Virus record (IMG/VR): IMGVR_UViG_3300026382_000001 | DNA from: a virus | Lineage: Duplodnaviria > Heunggongvirae > Uroviricota > Caudoviricetes | Length of the DNA: 64,000 nucleotides | Strand: one strand, 5' to 3' | Notes under the pieces: model-generated | Database searches by the model: none | Seen by the model: only the letters and a program-made list of their open reading frames with translations | Told to the model about the DNA's origin: nothing | Program-made: the position numbers and the translations under genes | Shown: positions 48,392 through 58,543 of the stretch, one piece after another | Layout: each line of letters starts with the position of its first letter | Position numbering within the stretch: position 1 is the stretch's first letter

Positions 48392-49474
48392 ATGAGACCA
48401 GAAGATTTAGTTGGAATACCATATCCAAAAAAGGAAATCGAGAATTTTTTATATCGAAAATCATTAAAACATTATCAATTTTATAATGTTGATTTTAACC
48501 CTAATGCTTATGCGTTCCATAATTTTAAACGATTGGGTTATGAAGAGGCAGCTTATGATAAAAAAGTTCTTAATAAGACTTATTATGATATTGAAGTATT
48601 TATTGAACCAGGTGTTTTCCCAGATTCGGAAACGGCAGATAGACCAATAAATGCTATAGCGGTATACAATAATATGACTAATATTAGCACTATTTATTAT
48701 TTAAAGCAAGTGCAGGTAGTGGAGAGTGGGCGATTGGTAACACATACTCCAAAAATTAACGATCAAAATCAATTACAACAATTGGTAGAAGAAGGTTATA
48801 AAAAGTTATGTGACGATGATCCAAATTATATAGTACCAGATTTAAAAATAAAAGTACTTGGTTTTGATTCGGAAGTTGATTTATTAAGAACTTTTTTTAG
48901 AGATCGTTTAATGGAGGAAACTTTATTTTTAATCGGTTTTAATAGTAATCTTTTTGATAATCCATATATATTTAACAGATTTATAAATCTTACTAATAAA
49001 GAGGATACTGCAAATTATGTTTCCCAATTTGGAGAATTATCGAATAATGGTAAATATTTTAAATTGCCCGATTATTTATTAATAGATTTATTGGAAATGT
49101 ATAAACCCGTTGATCAAGGTGGAGGAGGATTTGGTAAGTCTTTACCAAATTTTAAACTTCAGACAATTATTCAAAAAGAATTAAAAATGTCTAAATTAGA
49201 TTTGCCCGGTGGCTTTAATGAAAATTATTTAGGAAATTTACCTAATTATCTATTGTATAATATGATAGATGTTATTCCAATTTTTAAATTGGATACTAAG
49301 TTACAATTCCTAGAGTTACAATGGTCATTAAATTCTTATAATAATAGTATTATGTCTGCTACTACTGGTGGTAGATCGTTAATGTACACTTTTAGAAATA
49401 ATCTTCATTATGTTATGAATGATCAATTACTGAGATATACTAAATTAAATAAAGAGATTCATTTCGAGGTTTAA
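48392..49474 (+). CDS. Family-B DNA polymerase, 3'-5' exonuclease fragment
   Basis: ExoI YYDIEV, ExoII GFNSNLFDNPY, ExoIII YNMIDV. Confidence 0.88.
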   Translation: MRPEDLVGIPYPKKEIENFLYRKSLKHYQFYNVDFNPNAYAFHNFKRLGYEEAAYDKKVLNKTYYDIEVFIEPGVFPDSETADRPINAIAVYNNMTNISTIYYLKQVQVVESGRLVTHTPKINDQNQLQQLVEEGYKKLCDDDPNYIVPDLKIKVLGFDSEVDLLRTFFRDRLMEETLFLIGFNSNLFDNPYIFNRFINLTNKEDTANYVSQFGELSNNGKYFKLPDYLLIDLLEMYKPVDQGGGGFGKSLPNFKLQTIIQKELKMSKLDLPGGFNENYLGNLPNYLLYNMIDVIPIFKLDTKLQFLELQWSLNSYNNSIMSATTGGRSLMYTFRNNLHYVMNDQLLRYTKLNKEIHFEV

Positions 49475-49475
49475 T

Positions 49476-50204
49476 ATGGATTCACGAAAATATTCCTTAG
49501 AAAAAATTAAAAATTGTATAAACAATTTTCAAAAATTAGATAAATATTATTATTGTATTAATAAGTATTGGTATGATCAATATTATAAAAATCTTAGTAC
49601 TAAAATGATAATTTTATGTCCAATACATGGTATAGTTATTCAAAAAATTGGAAGCGCCGTTGCTGGAAAGGGATGTAGATATTGTGCTAAAAATGCAAAA
49701 TTAACTTTCGAAGATTTAAAAAATCGTTTAACTACTAAATACACTTATCCAGATTTTTCTAAAATCTGGTTTGATAATAATTATAGTAGTACTCAAAAAA
49801 CAAAATTAAAAATTATTTGTCCAATACATGGAGAATTTTTACAAACGGTTTTTGCTCATATAAATGGTTCTGGGTGCCCAAAATGCTCTGAATCTAAAGG
49901 AGAAAGAAAAGTTAGAGAATTTCTAGAATCCAAGAATATTAAGTACTCTCAAGAAGTTAAACTCTTTGATAATTATAGATTTGATTTTTATTTAGAGGAT
50001 TTAAATACTGTCATTGAGTACGATGGTAGACAACATTATGAAAGTGATTCTTATTTTGGAGGTTTAGAAGGATTCTTAAAGACTCAAGAACGTGATAAAA
50101 TTAAAACTGAGTATTGTATTAAAAACGATATAAGAATTATTCGAATAGGATATTTTGAAGACATTGAAGAAGTTTTAAACAAAGAAGCTTATTTCAAGGT
50201 TTAA
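49476..50204 (+). CDS. Homing endonuclease, CPxHG-repeat type
   Basis: CPIHG x2; RFDFYL...IEYDGRQHY. Confidence 0.85.
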   Translation: MDSRKYSLEKIKNCINNFQKLDKYYYCINKYWYDQYYKNLSTKMIILCPIHGIVIQKIGSAVAGKGCRYCAKNAKLTFEDLKNRLTTKYTYPDFSKIWFDNNYSSTQKTKLKIICPIHGEFLQTVFAHINGSGCPKCSESKGERKVREFLESKNIKYSQEVKLFDNYRFDFYLEDLNTVIEYDGRQHYESDSYFGGLEGFLKTQERDKIKTEYCIKNDIRIIRIGYFEDIEEVLNKEAYFKV

Positions 50205-50223
50205 ATCTTTAAAGGAGGATTAA

Positions 50224-50412
50224 ATGAAAATAGGAAAAATGGATTTTTTTACTGGAAAATTCGATGGTGTATTAAGCACTAAAGAAACCATTAATGATAA
50301 CCGAATTACTACTTGGATAGGAGTAATAGATAATTACGAATATAAAATTTACGTTTTTTTATTCTTACGGGTACTTGTTCGTAAAAAAATGGATTCTAAT
50401 TATGTTTGGTAA
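50224..50412 (+). CDS. Hypothetical protein
   Basis: GGAGG SD. Confidence 0.5.
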   Translation: MKIGKMDFFTGKFDGVLSTKETINDNRITTWIGVIDNYEYKIYVFLFLRVLVRKKMDSNYVW

Positions 50413-50716
50413 TATTATTAGATTCTTTAGTAATTTAAAATATTATTATAATTTTTTAAAAGAAGATAAAGATAATGATTTTATTTATATAAATAAATTA
50501 CTCTTATTGAAATTAAAAAAGATGGAATTAATTTGGGGTACCGAAACTAATTACGTCGGTGATTATAATGATAAAGAAAAACTCAAAGAATTAATTCAGG
50601 AGTTAGAAAAAGTTATTGAATTTCAAGAAATATCCGAAGATGAACGAGAAAATAAAAAACGCAATTTTAAAATTTATGGTAAACTTGGAAATTTTTTACC
50701 TAAGCTTTGGAATTAG
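50402..50716 (+). CDS. Hypothetical protein
   Basis: Coupled ORF; start set to 50402. Confidence 0.5.
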   Translation: MFGNIIRFFSNLKYYYNFLKEDKDNDFIYINKLLLLKLKKMELIWGTETNYVGDYNDKEKLKELIQELEKVIEFQEISEDERENKKRNFKIYGKLGNFLPKLWN

Positions 50717-50725
50717 GAGATTAAT

Positions 50726-51301
50726 ATGTTACCGTGGTATAAACTCATATCAAGTGGGGGTAGATATTCGACCATTGAGGAAATTCGATTAAGTGAGGTA
50801 AGAGATAAATTAGTAAAGATAGAGTTATTTACTTTATCTGAGTTAATAAAAATATATCCTAATTTTAAAAAAGCTGGTGAATATATTATTTTTGGAGAAG
50901 ATTTATTCTTTAATTATAAAAATTATGCCTTATTCGAAAACGATCGAGGCTTTGGTGGAGAAGGTAGTATAACTACTTTTACTACTATTCAAGAATACGA
51001 TATAATACGTGGAAATACTTTTCAATTATGTACTTTTTTAAAGTATCCATTTGAAGATATGTATATTCAATCCGGAATATATATTTATAATTGGATGGTA
51101 AAAAGTATTTCTATTTATCCGGCGATACAGGTAAATAATAGAAGAGTTGAATCTTCTAGACCAAGATTAAGATCAGTAATTGATTGTTTGGTTAATCGAA
51201 GGATAAAATTAGTTAAGGATAAATCATTTTATCCTAAAATGTTAAAATATAGAACCGAACCAGTTATAGAAACCGAGGAAGGTTTTATATTTAATTGGTA
51301 A
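50726..51301 (+). CDS. Hypothetical protein
   Basis: AGGAG SD. Confidence 0.55.
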   Translation: MLPWYKLISSGGRYSTIEEIRLSEVRDKLVKIELFTLSELIKIYPNFKKAGEYIIFGEDLFFNYKNYALFENDRGFGGEGSITTFTTIQEYDIIRGNTFQLCTFLKYPFEDMYIQSGIYIYNWMVKSISIYPAIQVNNRRVESSRPRLRSVIDCLVNRRIKLVKDKSFYPKMLKYRTEPVIETEEGFIFNW

Positions 51302-51314
51302 GAAAGGAGAATAT

Positions 51315-51854
51315 GTGGGAAACGAAATACAAAAAGTATATATTAAAGAACAGACATTATTTAATGGAGCAGTTGATATTAAAGAAGCTTTAGTTGAACG
51401 TGATTTAGAAGATGTTTTAGTTGTTGGTATTGCTAGAGGTGGTTTAAACTTAGCCCAGATGTTATCATATGGACTAAATTGTTCAGTAGAAACAATAAGT
51501 ATTCAATTACGTGATTGTAAAACTGAAAATGATCCAGAAGCATTATATCATAAAATTTTCAATTATTTTAGTACATTGATTAACGAACGTACTTATAAAA
51601 ATATTATTTTTACAGATGATTTAATTGATTCTGGAGAAACAATTGACTTAATTAAAACAGTTTTTAAAGATGTTTTAAAAATAAATAAAAATGAGACTAA
51701 TTTAAATATTCATTTTGCAGTTTCTTTTATGGATAAAAACTATCTTCAAAAATTAAAAGAAGAAACTTTTACTGATCAAGAACTCATGTTTAGTTATTAT
51801 TATGGAAATCTTAAACCTGAAGGTTGGCTAGTTTTTCCTTGGGATATTATATAA
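51315..51854 (+). CDS. Purine phosphoribosyltransferase (Gpt-like)
   Basis: VGIARGG, PRPP loop FTDDLIDSGET, WLVFPWD. Confidence 0.88.
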   Translation: MGNEIQKVYIKEQTLFNGAVDIKEALVERDLEDVLVVGIARGGLNLAQMLSYGLNCSVETISIQLRDCKTENDPEALYHKIFNYFSTLINERTYKNIIFTDDLIDSGETIDLIKTVFKDVLKINKNETNLNIHFAVSFMDKNYLQKLKEETFTDQELMFSYYYGNLKPEGWLVFPWDII

Positions 51855-51912
51855 TGAATACGAATGGTAGTTATTATAGATATTATAATCAAACTACAAA
51901 TAAGGCAAAAAT

Positions 51913-52758
51913 ATGAGATATTCATTAGAACATGAAAAAGAAGCGAATGATAAAAAAAAATTACATTTTGGAACATTAAGCAATATGCCAACTATTAGTG
52001 AATGGTTTGTTTCTCTCGAAGGAGAAGGAAACAGTATTGGCGAACCAAGTCTTTATATTAGACTTAATGGTTGTTATTCAGCAAAATGCTCTTGGTGTGA
52101 TTCTAAATATTCTTGGTATTCCGATGAAGGACAAGAATTAGAAAAACTTGGTAAAGAGATTAAGGCCGAGATTAAAGATAAAGAAATTAAAAGACTTACT
52201 ATTACTGGTGGTGAACCATTACATTTTATAGCAAGTCTTAATAAAATTATCGATTGGTTAGCTGATAATGATATTCATTTTGATTTCATTGGTATTGAAA
52301 GTAATGGTAATCTTTTACAAGATAAAAAAATTGTAATGGAAACTATTAAAACTTTTAATATTATTGAAAGACAATGTGGAACTTTACCAACCTTAACTAT
52401 TAGTCCAAAATTAGATGCGGAAGCTTGTTATGGTGGGGAATTATCCCAAGATCAAGTTTGGGATATGTATACTAAAGTTATTGATAATTGTATGAATTAT
52501 TTTAATAAAAGTCATTTGTATTTTAAATTTGTGTGGGAAGCAGATAAAAAAAATCTAGATAATCTTATTTTTATTAACAGATTAAAAGGATTTAATCTTG
52601 GTAGAAAACATATTATGCTAATGCCTTGGACGCCTGATGAACCACATGGTAAAGATATAGAACTTTGGAAAAATTCTCAACATACTGCTTCCAGAGAGGC
52701 GCTTAAACTAGGTATTAAATATTCACCAAGATTACATATAGATATCGAAATGGATTAA
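51913..52758 (+). CDS. queE: 7-carboxy-7-deazaguanine synthase (radical SAM)
   Basis: F.SLEGEG...G.P.L.IRL.GC...C.WCDS.Y, TGGEP, ESNG, TISPKL, SPRLH. Confidence 0.9.
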   Translation: MRYSLEHEKEANDKKKLHFGTLSNMPTISEWFVSLEGEGNSIGEPSLYIRLNGCYSAKCSWCDSKYSWYSDEGQELEKLGKEIKAEIKDKEIKRLTITGGEPLHFIASLNKIIDWLADNDIHFDFIGIESNGNLLQDKKIVMETIKTFNIIERQCGTLPTLTISPKLDAEACYGGELSQDQVWDMYTKVIDNCMNYFNKSHLYFKFVWEADKKNLDNLIFINRLKGFNLGRKHIMLMPWTPDEPHGKDIELWKNSQHTASREALKLGIKYSPRLHIDIEMD

Positions 52759-52768
52759 AGGATAGAGA

Positions 52769-54094
52769 ATGGCAGATGCTCCAAAATCTATAAATTATTC
52801 CAATTATAGTTTAAATATTGAAATAAAACCAGATAGTACCTTACCTACAGTTAATAAAGTAAATTTAACAAACTGTAGTATTTTTTCTGGTGCTAGAATT
52901 CAATCATTTCGAGTTGCTAAAAATTGTTACGATACTAATTTTATTCCAATTAATAGATTAATACTTACTGATATCAACGAACAGGAATTTTTTAATTTAT
53001 CGAATATGTTGGTATTGTTAGAAATAACTTTAGTTATAAATGGAAAAAGTATTTATAAAAATATTTATAAAATAACGAAAGCCGAAGAAATATCAGCGGT
53101 TAGTCAAACTGGTACTGGTGACAATGCTATGGTTTTATTATTAGATTCCTATTTGACTTCAGGATTAAAAAATGATAATAATTTCTATAGTATTTCTAAA
53201 CTTAATAAACCTAATTTTTATAATATGGATATTTTTCATAGTATGAATGAATTGGCCATAAAAAAATATGGAAATAGTTTAGGTATCAGTAATAGTATAT
53301 CCAATAAAAGCATATCTACATTTAATAATTATATATTTAATCCAAATACCTCAAATTTAGATAATTATTTTGAATTAGTATATGTAAATAAAGTGTCCCT
53401 AGATCCAATTATATTTGGTTTTGATGAATTTTTTTCATCTGTTTCGGATACTGTTAATACTCCATCTGTTACTACTGGTACAATAACGGAATTAATATTA
53501 GCAGATTTATTGGATATAGATGATATAAGTTATGTAAATAATTACGTTAGTAATTTTTTAAAAGATACTTCTTATAAAATATCCAACGCACAATTTATAG
53601 AACCTTATTATAGTGTTAAATTTATTAAGGATAAATTGCAATCTGTTTACAGATATAAAAATTTATTTACTAATAATGTTGATGAATTACCTCCTTTAAT
53701 AAATACTGGATTAATACTAGATAAAAGCGATGCTTTACCAAGTGTATCGTATGCTACTTCACCAATATCTAATTATTACGAGGATGAAGGAAATTTATCT
53801 ATTAATGATGTACAAGCGATTCGAGAAAATATCTTAAAATTTTTGAAATTAAATCCAAAAATATATAGAATATATATTGATAAAGCGCCAGTAGATATTT
53901 TTAAACTTGGTAGAAAAATAAATATTGGAAATTTACAAGGTAATTCGATTACGGTTGCTGCCGAAATCGAATTCAATTATGAACCAGATATTGCTTTAGA
54001 ACCAGGAGAAGTACAAAATACTTCAAATCACGTTTGTTCTGGATCAGTTTATGTTTTAAATTGGAATAAAGATGAAAATACCACATTGGTATAA
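52769..54094 (+). CDS. Hypothetical protein, possibly structural (baseplate-hub-like)
   Basis: 441 aa, N/S/I-rich, beta-strand pattern; fold guess only. Confidence 0.5.
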   Translation: MADAPKSINYSNYSLNIEIKPDSTLPTVNKVNLTNCSIFSGARIQSFRVAKNCYDTNFIPINRLILTDINEQEFFNLSNMLVLLEITLVINGKSIYKNIYKITKAEEISAVSQTGTGDNAMVLLLDSYLTSGLKNDNNFYSISKLNKPNFYNMDIFHSMNELAIKKYGNSLGISNSISNKSISTFNNYIFNPNTSNLDNYFELVYVNKVSLDPIIFGFDEFFSSVSDTVNTPSVTTGTITELILADLLDIDDISYVNNYVSNFLKDTSYKISNAQFIEPYYSVKFIKDKLQSVYRYKNLFTNNVDELPPLINTGLILDKSDALPSVSYATSPISNYYEDEGNLSINDVQAIRENILKFLKLNPKIYRIYIDKAPVDIFKLGRKINIGNLQGNSITVAAEIEFNYEPDIALEPGEVQNTSNHVCSGSVYVLNWNKDENTTLV

Positions 54095-54144
54095 TTCAGT
54101 TCTTGGCCGAAGCCGAGAACTTTAAATATAAAAGGAAAAATAAA

Positions 54145-54570
54145 ATGTTACATACAAAAATTAAGGATCTATTATTAACAAAGGTTCCTAATATTACAAA
54201 CTTTTTAAAAGATATGGAATTACCATTATCTTATTTAGGTATTAGATATTTCTTATCTGGGAAACAAGATAAAATTGGAGAAAAGGGCTTAGATAAAATC
54301 ATAGATAAACTTGGTTATGAAATGATTTTAGTTCCAGTAAAAACAGCGGAAGACAGACAAGAAGCTATAGAATTACAAAATAAATTTGTAGTTGATTTTG
54401 ATCAATATCTAGATAAATTTAAAGGCGATAGAAAAACAACACGAAGAACTTCAGAAAATACTGGACCAATGGCAATAGAAGGTATTTTAACTGATTTAGA
54501 TACATCTCGTCCAACTACTGACGACGGTATAGTTATTGATTTAGGAATTACTACCGACGATTTATTTTAA
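54145..54570 (+). CDS. Putative XRE-like HTH DNA-binding protein
   Basis: RYFLSGK..KIG..GLDKI.D.LGYE..LVP; start after AAGGA. Confidence 0.5.
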   Translation: MLHTKIKDLLLTKVPNITNFLKDMELPLSYLGIRYFLSGKQDKIGEKGLDKIIDKLGYEMILVPVKTAEDRQEAIELQNKFVVDFDQYLDKFKGDRKTTRRTSENTGPMAIEGILTDLDTSRPTTDDGIVIDLGITTDDLF

Positions 54571-54579
54571 AGGATCGAA

Positions 54580-54975
54580 ATGAATTTATTAAATATTCTC
54601 GAAGAAAATGAACATGAAGCGTCTAAAGAAGAAATAAGAAAGCATAATATAATAATTAATTTAGTTAAACGATTATACCATGATTTGGATATTTATTCAA
54701 AATCCCTTATTTATATTTGGCAAGACGATAACCGTATCAAAATTAATATGGATGGTGGTCAAGAAACTTTTCATATTAAAAATGGTACAAAATATTTTCA
54801 CAGTGCTAGTGTTACTACGGAAACTCTAGTTCTAAGAGAACATATTGAAAACCAAATAAAAGAGTTTTTGAAAATAAGAGGATTGGAAATATATGGTTTT
54901 TATATGGATCCGAGAAAAATTATTTTTAAAATAAAAGCTTTTAAAAAGGTGGATTTGGAAAAATGTCTTTATTAA
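54580..54975 (+). CDS. Hypothetical protein
   Basis: SD AAGGA. Confidence 0.55.
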   Translation: MNLLNILEENEHEASKEEIRKHNIIINLVKRLYHDLDIYSKSLIYIWQDDNRIKINMDGGQETFHIKNGTKYFHSASVTTETLVLREHIENQIKEFLKIRGLEIYGFYMDPRKIIFKIKAFKKVDLEKCLY

Positions 54976-55895
54976 CGTATTCTAAAAATCAAGTAAAAGA
55001 ATATCAAAAAAAATACAATGTAAAATTTCAAAACGAATTTCCTGAGGATTTTTTAAGAGGTATCTATGCTTTTAAAAATGAACCAGTAAATATTCACAAT
55101 AATATAAAACATGAAATTTTATATAATAGTATTCTTAATATGTTTAATTATAATTTTTGGCCAAAGAATGGTATTAATTATGCTAGAAGTAAAGAATTAA
55201 ATGATCTTTTAATATCAAGAATATATCCAGAAATTGATTTATTACTAACTGATAGAAAACTGTTTTTAAAAAAACTAAAAACGGTTTTATTATTAAAAAA
55301 TTTTAAAATGATTGATTGGTATATCGAGGATGTAAATAAATTATTTATTATTGATACTACTGATTTCGAAAAAGATTTATACAAAATCGAATTTGAACTT
55401 GGTCAATTAAAATTTGTAAATAGATCATCGGCTGATTATAAGTTAAATTATTTAAGCATATATAGAAGATACTATAAATTTTTAAAAAGATATTTTAGTA
55501 GTTATGGACAGGATAAATTTCAAAAACGTGAAATACTTGCTTGGAATTTAATTACTGAAAATATTGGATTAGATAGATCCAAGTTATTGGAAATCGATAA
55601 ATGTTTTATTCCAATTGATTATAGAATACCTAGTATTTTAAAACATGCCAGAGTATTAAAACTTCCAATTCAATTTGATAAATATTTTCTTAATAAAGAA
55701 ATATTATCAGCAGAAGATGAAAAAGTTTTAAGATGTTTTACTTATTTAACTTTACAAAAGTTAAAAAAAAATCTTAAACGGTTTGGAAATGGACTTACAG
55801 ATTATGAATTAGATAAAACTTTATTTAATATGTATTCTCAATATCGAAATGTTTATGGCGAAAGCCATTTCAAATATAATACAACGGCTTATTAA
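54963..55895 (+). CDS. Queuosine-salvage glycosylase-like protein (DUF2419/Qng1 family)
   Basis: NYNFW, FQKR.I, PIDYRIP.IL...VL, E..LR, LD..LF, C-terminal HF..NTTAY match the family pattern. Confidence 0.7.
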   Translation: MSLLTYSKNQVKEYQKKYNVKFQNEFPEDFLRGIYAFKNEPVNIHNNIKHEILYNSILNMFNYNFWPKNGINYARSKELNDLLISRIYPEIDLLLTDRKLFLKKLKTVLLLKNFKMIDWYIEDVNKLFIIDTTDFEKDLYKIEFELGQLKFVNRSSADYKLNYLSIYRRYYKFLKRYFSSYGQDKFQKREILAWNLITENIGLDRSKLLEIDKCFIPIDYRIPSILKHARVLKLPIQFDKYFLNKEILSAEDEKVLRCFTYLTLQKLKKNLKRFGNGLTDYELDKTLFNMYSQYRNVYGESHFKYNTTAY

Positions 55896-55906
55896 AGGAA
55901 AATAAA

Positions 55907-56440
55907 ATGAGAAAAGTAGAAGATTTACCAGAAATTAAAAGTGGTTTAAATTGGGCAAATGATAAAAAAGTATATACTATTATCGAAGTAAATGAAGATG
56001 AAGTACAACACTTAGTAAATAAACCGGGTAAAAGTGCTAAAATAAAAACAAAACATATCGATAAGATTATAAAAATGTTATTAAAGGCTACTGATATTTT
56101 TTCGGAAACTTCGGAAAATAAAAAAATTCAAATAAAGGGTGTTTTAATTAATGTCCGAGAATTAACTTTAAGAGACTTACCTCTAAAGCAAATGTTATCA
56201 GATGGAACTGAATCAATTTACTGTTTTTCGTTAAATGGTAAAGAAGGTAAAATGCTAATTGGTAAAACTAGAATGGATACTAATCCTATATGGATGAGCT
56301 TAGAAAATACTTTCAAAATAGTAGATGAAGATTTTCTTATAGGTATTTCCAAAGGTTCTGTTGATTTCGAATCGAATGATACTGAAAAAGATATGCGTAA
56401 AAAAGCATTAGAAGCTATTAAAAATCTTAAGAATAAATAG
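55907..56440 (+). CDS. Hypothetical protein
   Basis: SD AAGGA; followed by hairpin. Confidence 0.6.
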   Translation: MRKVEDLPEIKSGLNWANDKKVYTIIEVNEDEVQHLVNKPGKSAKIKTKHIDKIIKMLLKATDIFSETSENKKIQIKGVLINVRELTLRDLPLKQMLSDGTESIYCFSLNGKEGKMLIGKTRMDTNPIWMSLENTFKIVDEDFLIGISKGSVDFESNDTEKDMRKKALEAIKNLKNK

Positions 56441-56457
56441 ATCTAACGATCTATTTA

Positions 56458-56493
56458 TTCCTGTCGTTAAATTAATGTCTTGGCCGAAGCCAA
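56458..56493 (+). promoter_or_regulatory. TTCCTGTCGTTAAA motif (copy 3) plus TTGGC-CGAA-GCCAA hairpin upstream of the Ubl-like operon
   Basis: Both motifs recur in other intergenic regions. Confidence 0.5.
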
Positions 56494-56542
56494 AAAATAA
56501 AAAAAATTTAAATAAAAAACTTAAATAAAAAAGGAAGTCCAA

Positions 56543-57283
56543 ATGGCAACAATTATCTCAAATACTAATACAACTAATATCTTAACTATGGCTAAATCAG
56601 GAGCAACCTCTTTAGATGCTTTACTTCAAGAAGCAGTTCAAAGTTCAGGAAGTGCTACAAGTACATCTGGAACATCTGGAACATCATCTGATTCTGGTAC
56701 TAGTAATACTGATTCTGGTATTTCAATTAGTACTGCCGATACAGCTAGTATTCAAGCAACTGCTAAATCAGGAGCATCTTCTTTAGATGCTTTACTTCAA
56801 GAAGCAGTTCAAAGTTCAGGAAGTGCTACAAGTACATCTGGAACATCATCTGATTCTGGTACTAGTAATACTGATTCTGGTATTTCAATTAGTACTGCCG
56901 ATACAACTAGTATTCAAGCAACTGCTAAATCAGGAGCATCTTCTTTAGATGCTTTACTTCAAGAAGCAGTTCAAAGTTCAGGAAGTGCTACAAGTACATC
57001 TGGAACATCTGGAACATCATCTGATTCTGGTACTAGTAATACTGATTCTGGTATTTCAATTAGTACTGCCGATACAGCTAGTATTCAAGCAACTGCTAAA
57101 TCAGGAGCATCTTCTTTAGATGCTTTACTTCAAGAAGCAGTTCAAAGTTCAGGAAGTGCTACAAGTACATCTGGAACATCTGGAACATCATCTGATTCTG
57201 GTACTAGTAATACTGATTCTGGTATTTCAATTAGTACTGCCGATACAGCTAGTATTCAAGCAACTGCTAAATCAGGTAAATAA
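56543..57283 (+). CDS. Tandem-repeat protein, candidate polyubiquitin-like modifier precursor
   Basis: 20-aa leader plus 4 units (57/54/57/57 aa), all ending AKSG, then one terminal K. Confidence 0.7.
   Translation: MATIISNTNTTNILTMAKSGATSLDALLQEAVQSSGSATSTSGTSGTSSDSGTSNTDSGISISTADTASIQATAKSGASSLDALLQEAVQSSGSATSTSGTSSDSGTSNTDSGISISTADTTSIQATAKSGASSLDALLQEAVQSSGSATSTSGTSGTSSDSGTSNTDSGISISTADTASIQATAKSGASSLDALLQEAVQSSGSATSTSGTSGTSSDSGTSNTDSGISISTADTASIQATAKSGK
56590..57275 (+). repeat. Coding tandem repeat, 171/162/171/171-bp units
   Basis: Near-identical DNA units; a 9-bp internal sub-repeat is missing in unit 2. Confidence 0.95.
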
Positions 57284-57302
57284 AAGTCAACTGGAGATAG
57301 TT

Positions 57303-57330
57303 AACTATCAATAGTTAACTATTGATAGTT
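57303..57330. repeat. Perfect 28-bp palindrome AACTATCAATAGTTAACTATTGATAGTT
   Basis: Two tandem AACTATNNATAGTT units; related copy at 25139..25166. Confidence 0.85.
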
Positions 57331-57376
57331 TTTACAAAATAAATAAAAAAATAACTTAAATAAAAAAGGCAATTAA

Positions 57377-58435
57377 ATGGCAAACAATACTACAGTAAAT
57401 GTAATGGAAAAAATCCAAGAAGAAATTAGACACCGTTATGCAGATTCAAGCATTATTAAACATGCGTTGGATAATGACGTAATTAGTAAATTAGGTAAAA
57501 GTAATTTTAGATTACTTAAAAGATTTACGACATATATGAATCCTAATCTTCTTATTCTTAACCCAAGTCTTACAAATACTTTTCCAATTTCTTATAATGG
57601 TAATAAAAGCAAAACAATTTATTTTAATGATACTATAAAACAATATTGTACTGATATTATTGGATACGATCCAACAACTCCAGAGGGAAAAGCCAAGGTA
57701 CACGAATTACTAGATTCAATTGCTCAGAAAAATCTTAAAATATGTGTAGTTGGTTATGGTGGTGCAATGATTAACTTTTTATGGAATACTTATCTTCTTG
57801 CTTTCATAAGTTCGTATAACGATCCAATTTTCGAAGAAATTATAATTTTTGAAAAAGATAGTATTAGTCTTACAAATATTCTTAGAATTAGTAAACCAGT
57901 TATTCTAGATTCGTTTCTAAATATTCATTGTAATGATGATGGATCCCTTCCAAAGATTAGACTTATTAAAGAAGAGTTTCAACTTACTAAAAAGATGGGT
58001 CTCTTTAAAAGATATCTAGAAGATGAAAAAGAAGTAAAACAATTAGTAAAAGATGGATTTGTATTTATTGGTGCTCCAAATTTCGAAGCTCGTGTTCTTT
58101 TGAATAACGCTCCCTTTTATTTCTTAGGGCATGCGAACAATGAATTAGAAATTTTCTATCAACCATTAGTAAATACAGAGTTAACTTTTGAAAGCTATGG
58201 TAGTATCGATGTTCCAGTGCTTCTAGCTAATCTTGCCGTAGGTACTATTAAAATGTTAGAAATCTTTAACGAAATTCCAATACAAGGTAAAAAGAATTTA
58301 CCAAAACCAACTCATATACAAAGTGAAAGTTTATTTAGAGTTGATTATGGTGAAGTGTATTCCTTATATCCGGAAGAGTCCACCGAGGAAACCTCAGAAA
58401 ATGTTGAAAGAAGTAATACGGAACCAGATTGGTAA
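57377..58435 (+). CDS. ThiF/E1-like adenylating enzyme
   Basis: ICVVGYGG nucleotide loop, IFEKDSISLTNILR (cf. D.D.V..SNL.R), K, G..NFEAR (cf. D.TDNF.AR). Confidence 0.65.
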   Translation: MANNTTVNVMEKIQEEIRHRYADSSIIKHALDNDVISKLGKSNFRLLKRFTTYMNPNLLILNPSLTNTFPISYNGNKSKTIYFNDTIKQYCTDIIGYDPTTPEGKAKVHELLDSIAQKNLKICVVGYGGAMINFLWNTYLLAFISSYNDPIFEEIIIFEKDSISLTNILRISKPVILDSFLNIHCNDDGSLPKIRLIKEEFQLTKKMGLFKRYLEDEKEVKQLVKDGFVFIGAPNFEARVLLNNAPFYFLGHANNELEIFYQPLVNTELTFESYGSIDVPVLLANLAVGTIKMLEIFNEIPIQGKKNLPKPTHIQSESLFRVDYGEVYSLYPEESTEETSENVERSNTEPDW

Positions 58436-58543
58436 ACCGTATTAAAAATAAAAATAAAGAAAAAGTTATATTAAGACCGAAGTCTTAATATAACTTAAAA
58501 TAAAAATAAAAATAAAAAAAATATTAAATAAAAAAGGAAAAAT

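Noticed and set aside
56590-57275. Long direct repeats as a CRISPR array
   Set aside because: Units are contiguous 162-171-bp in-frame coding repeats with no unique spacers, and no cas genes are present
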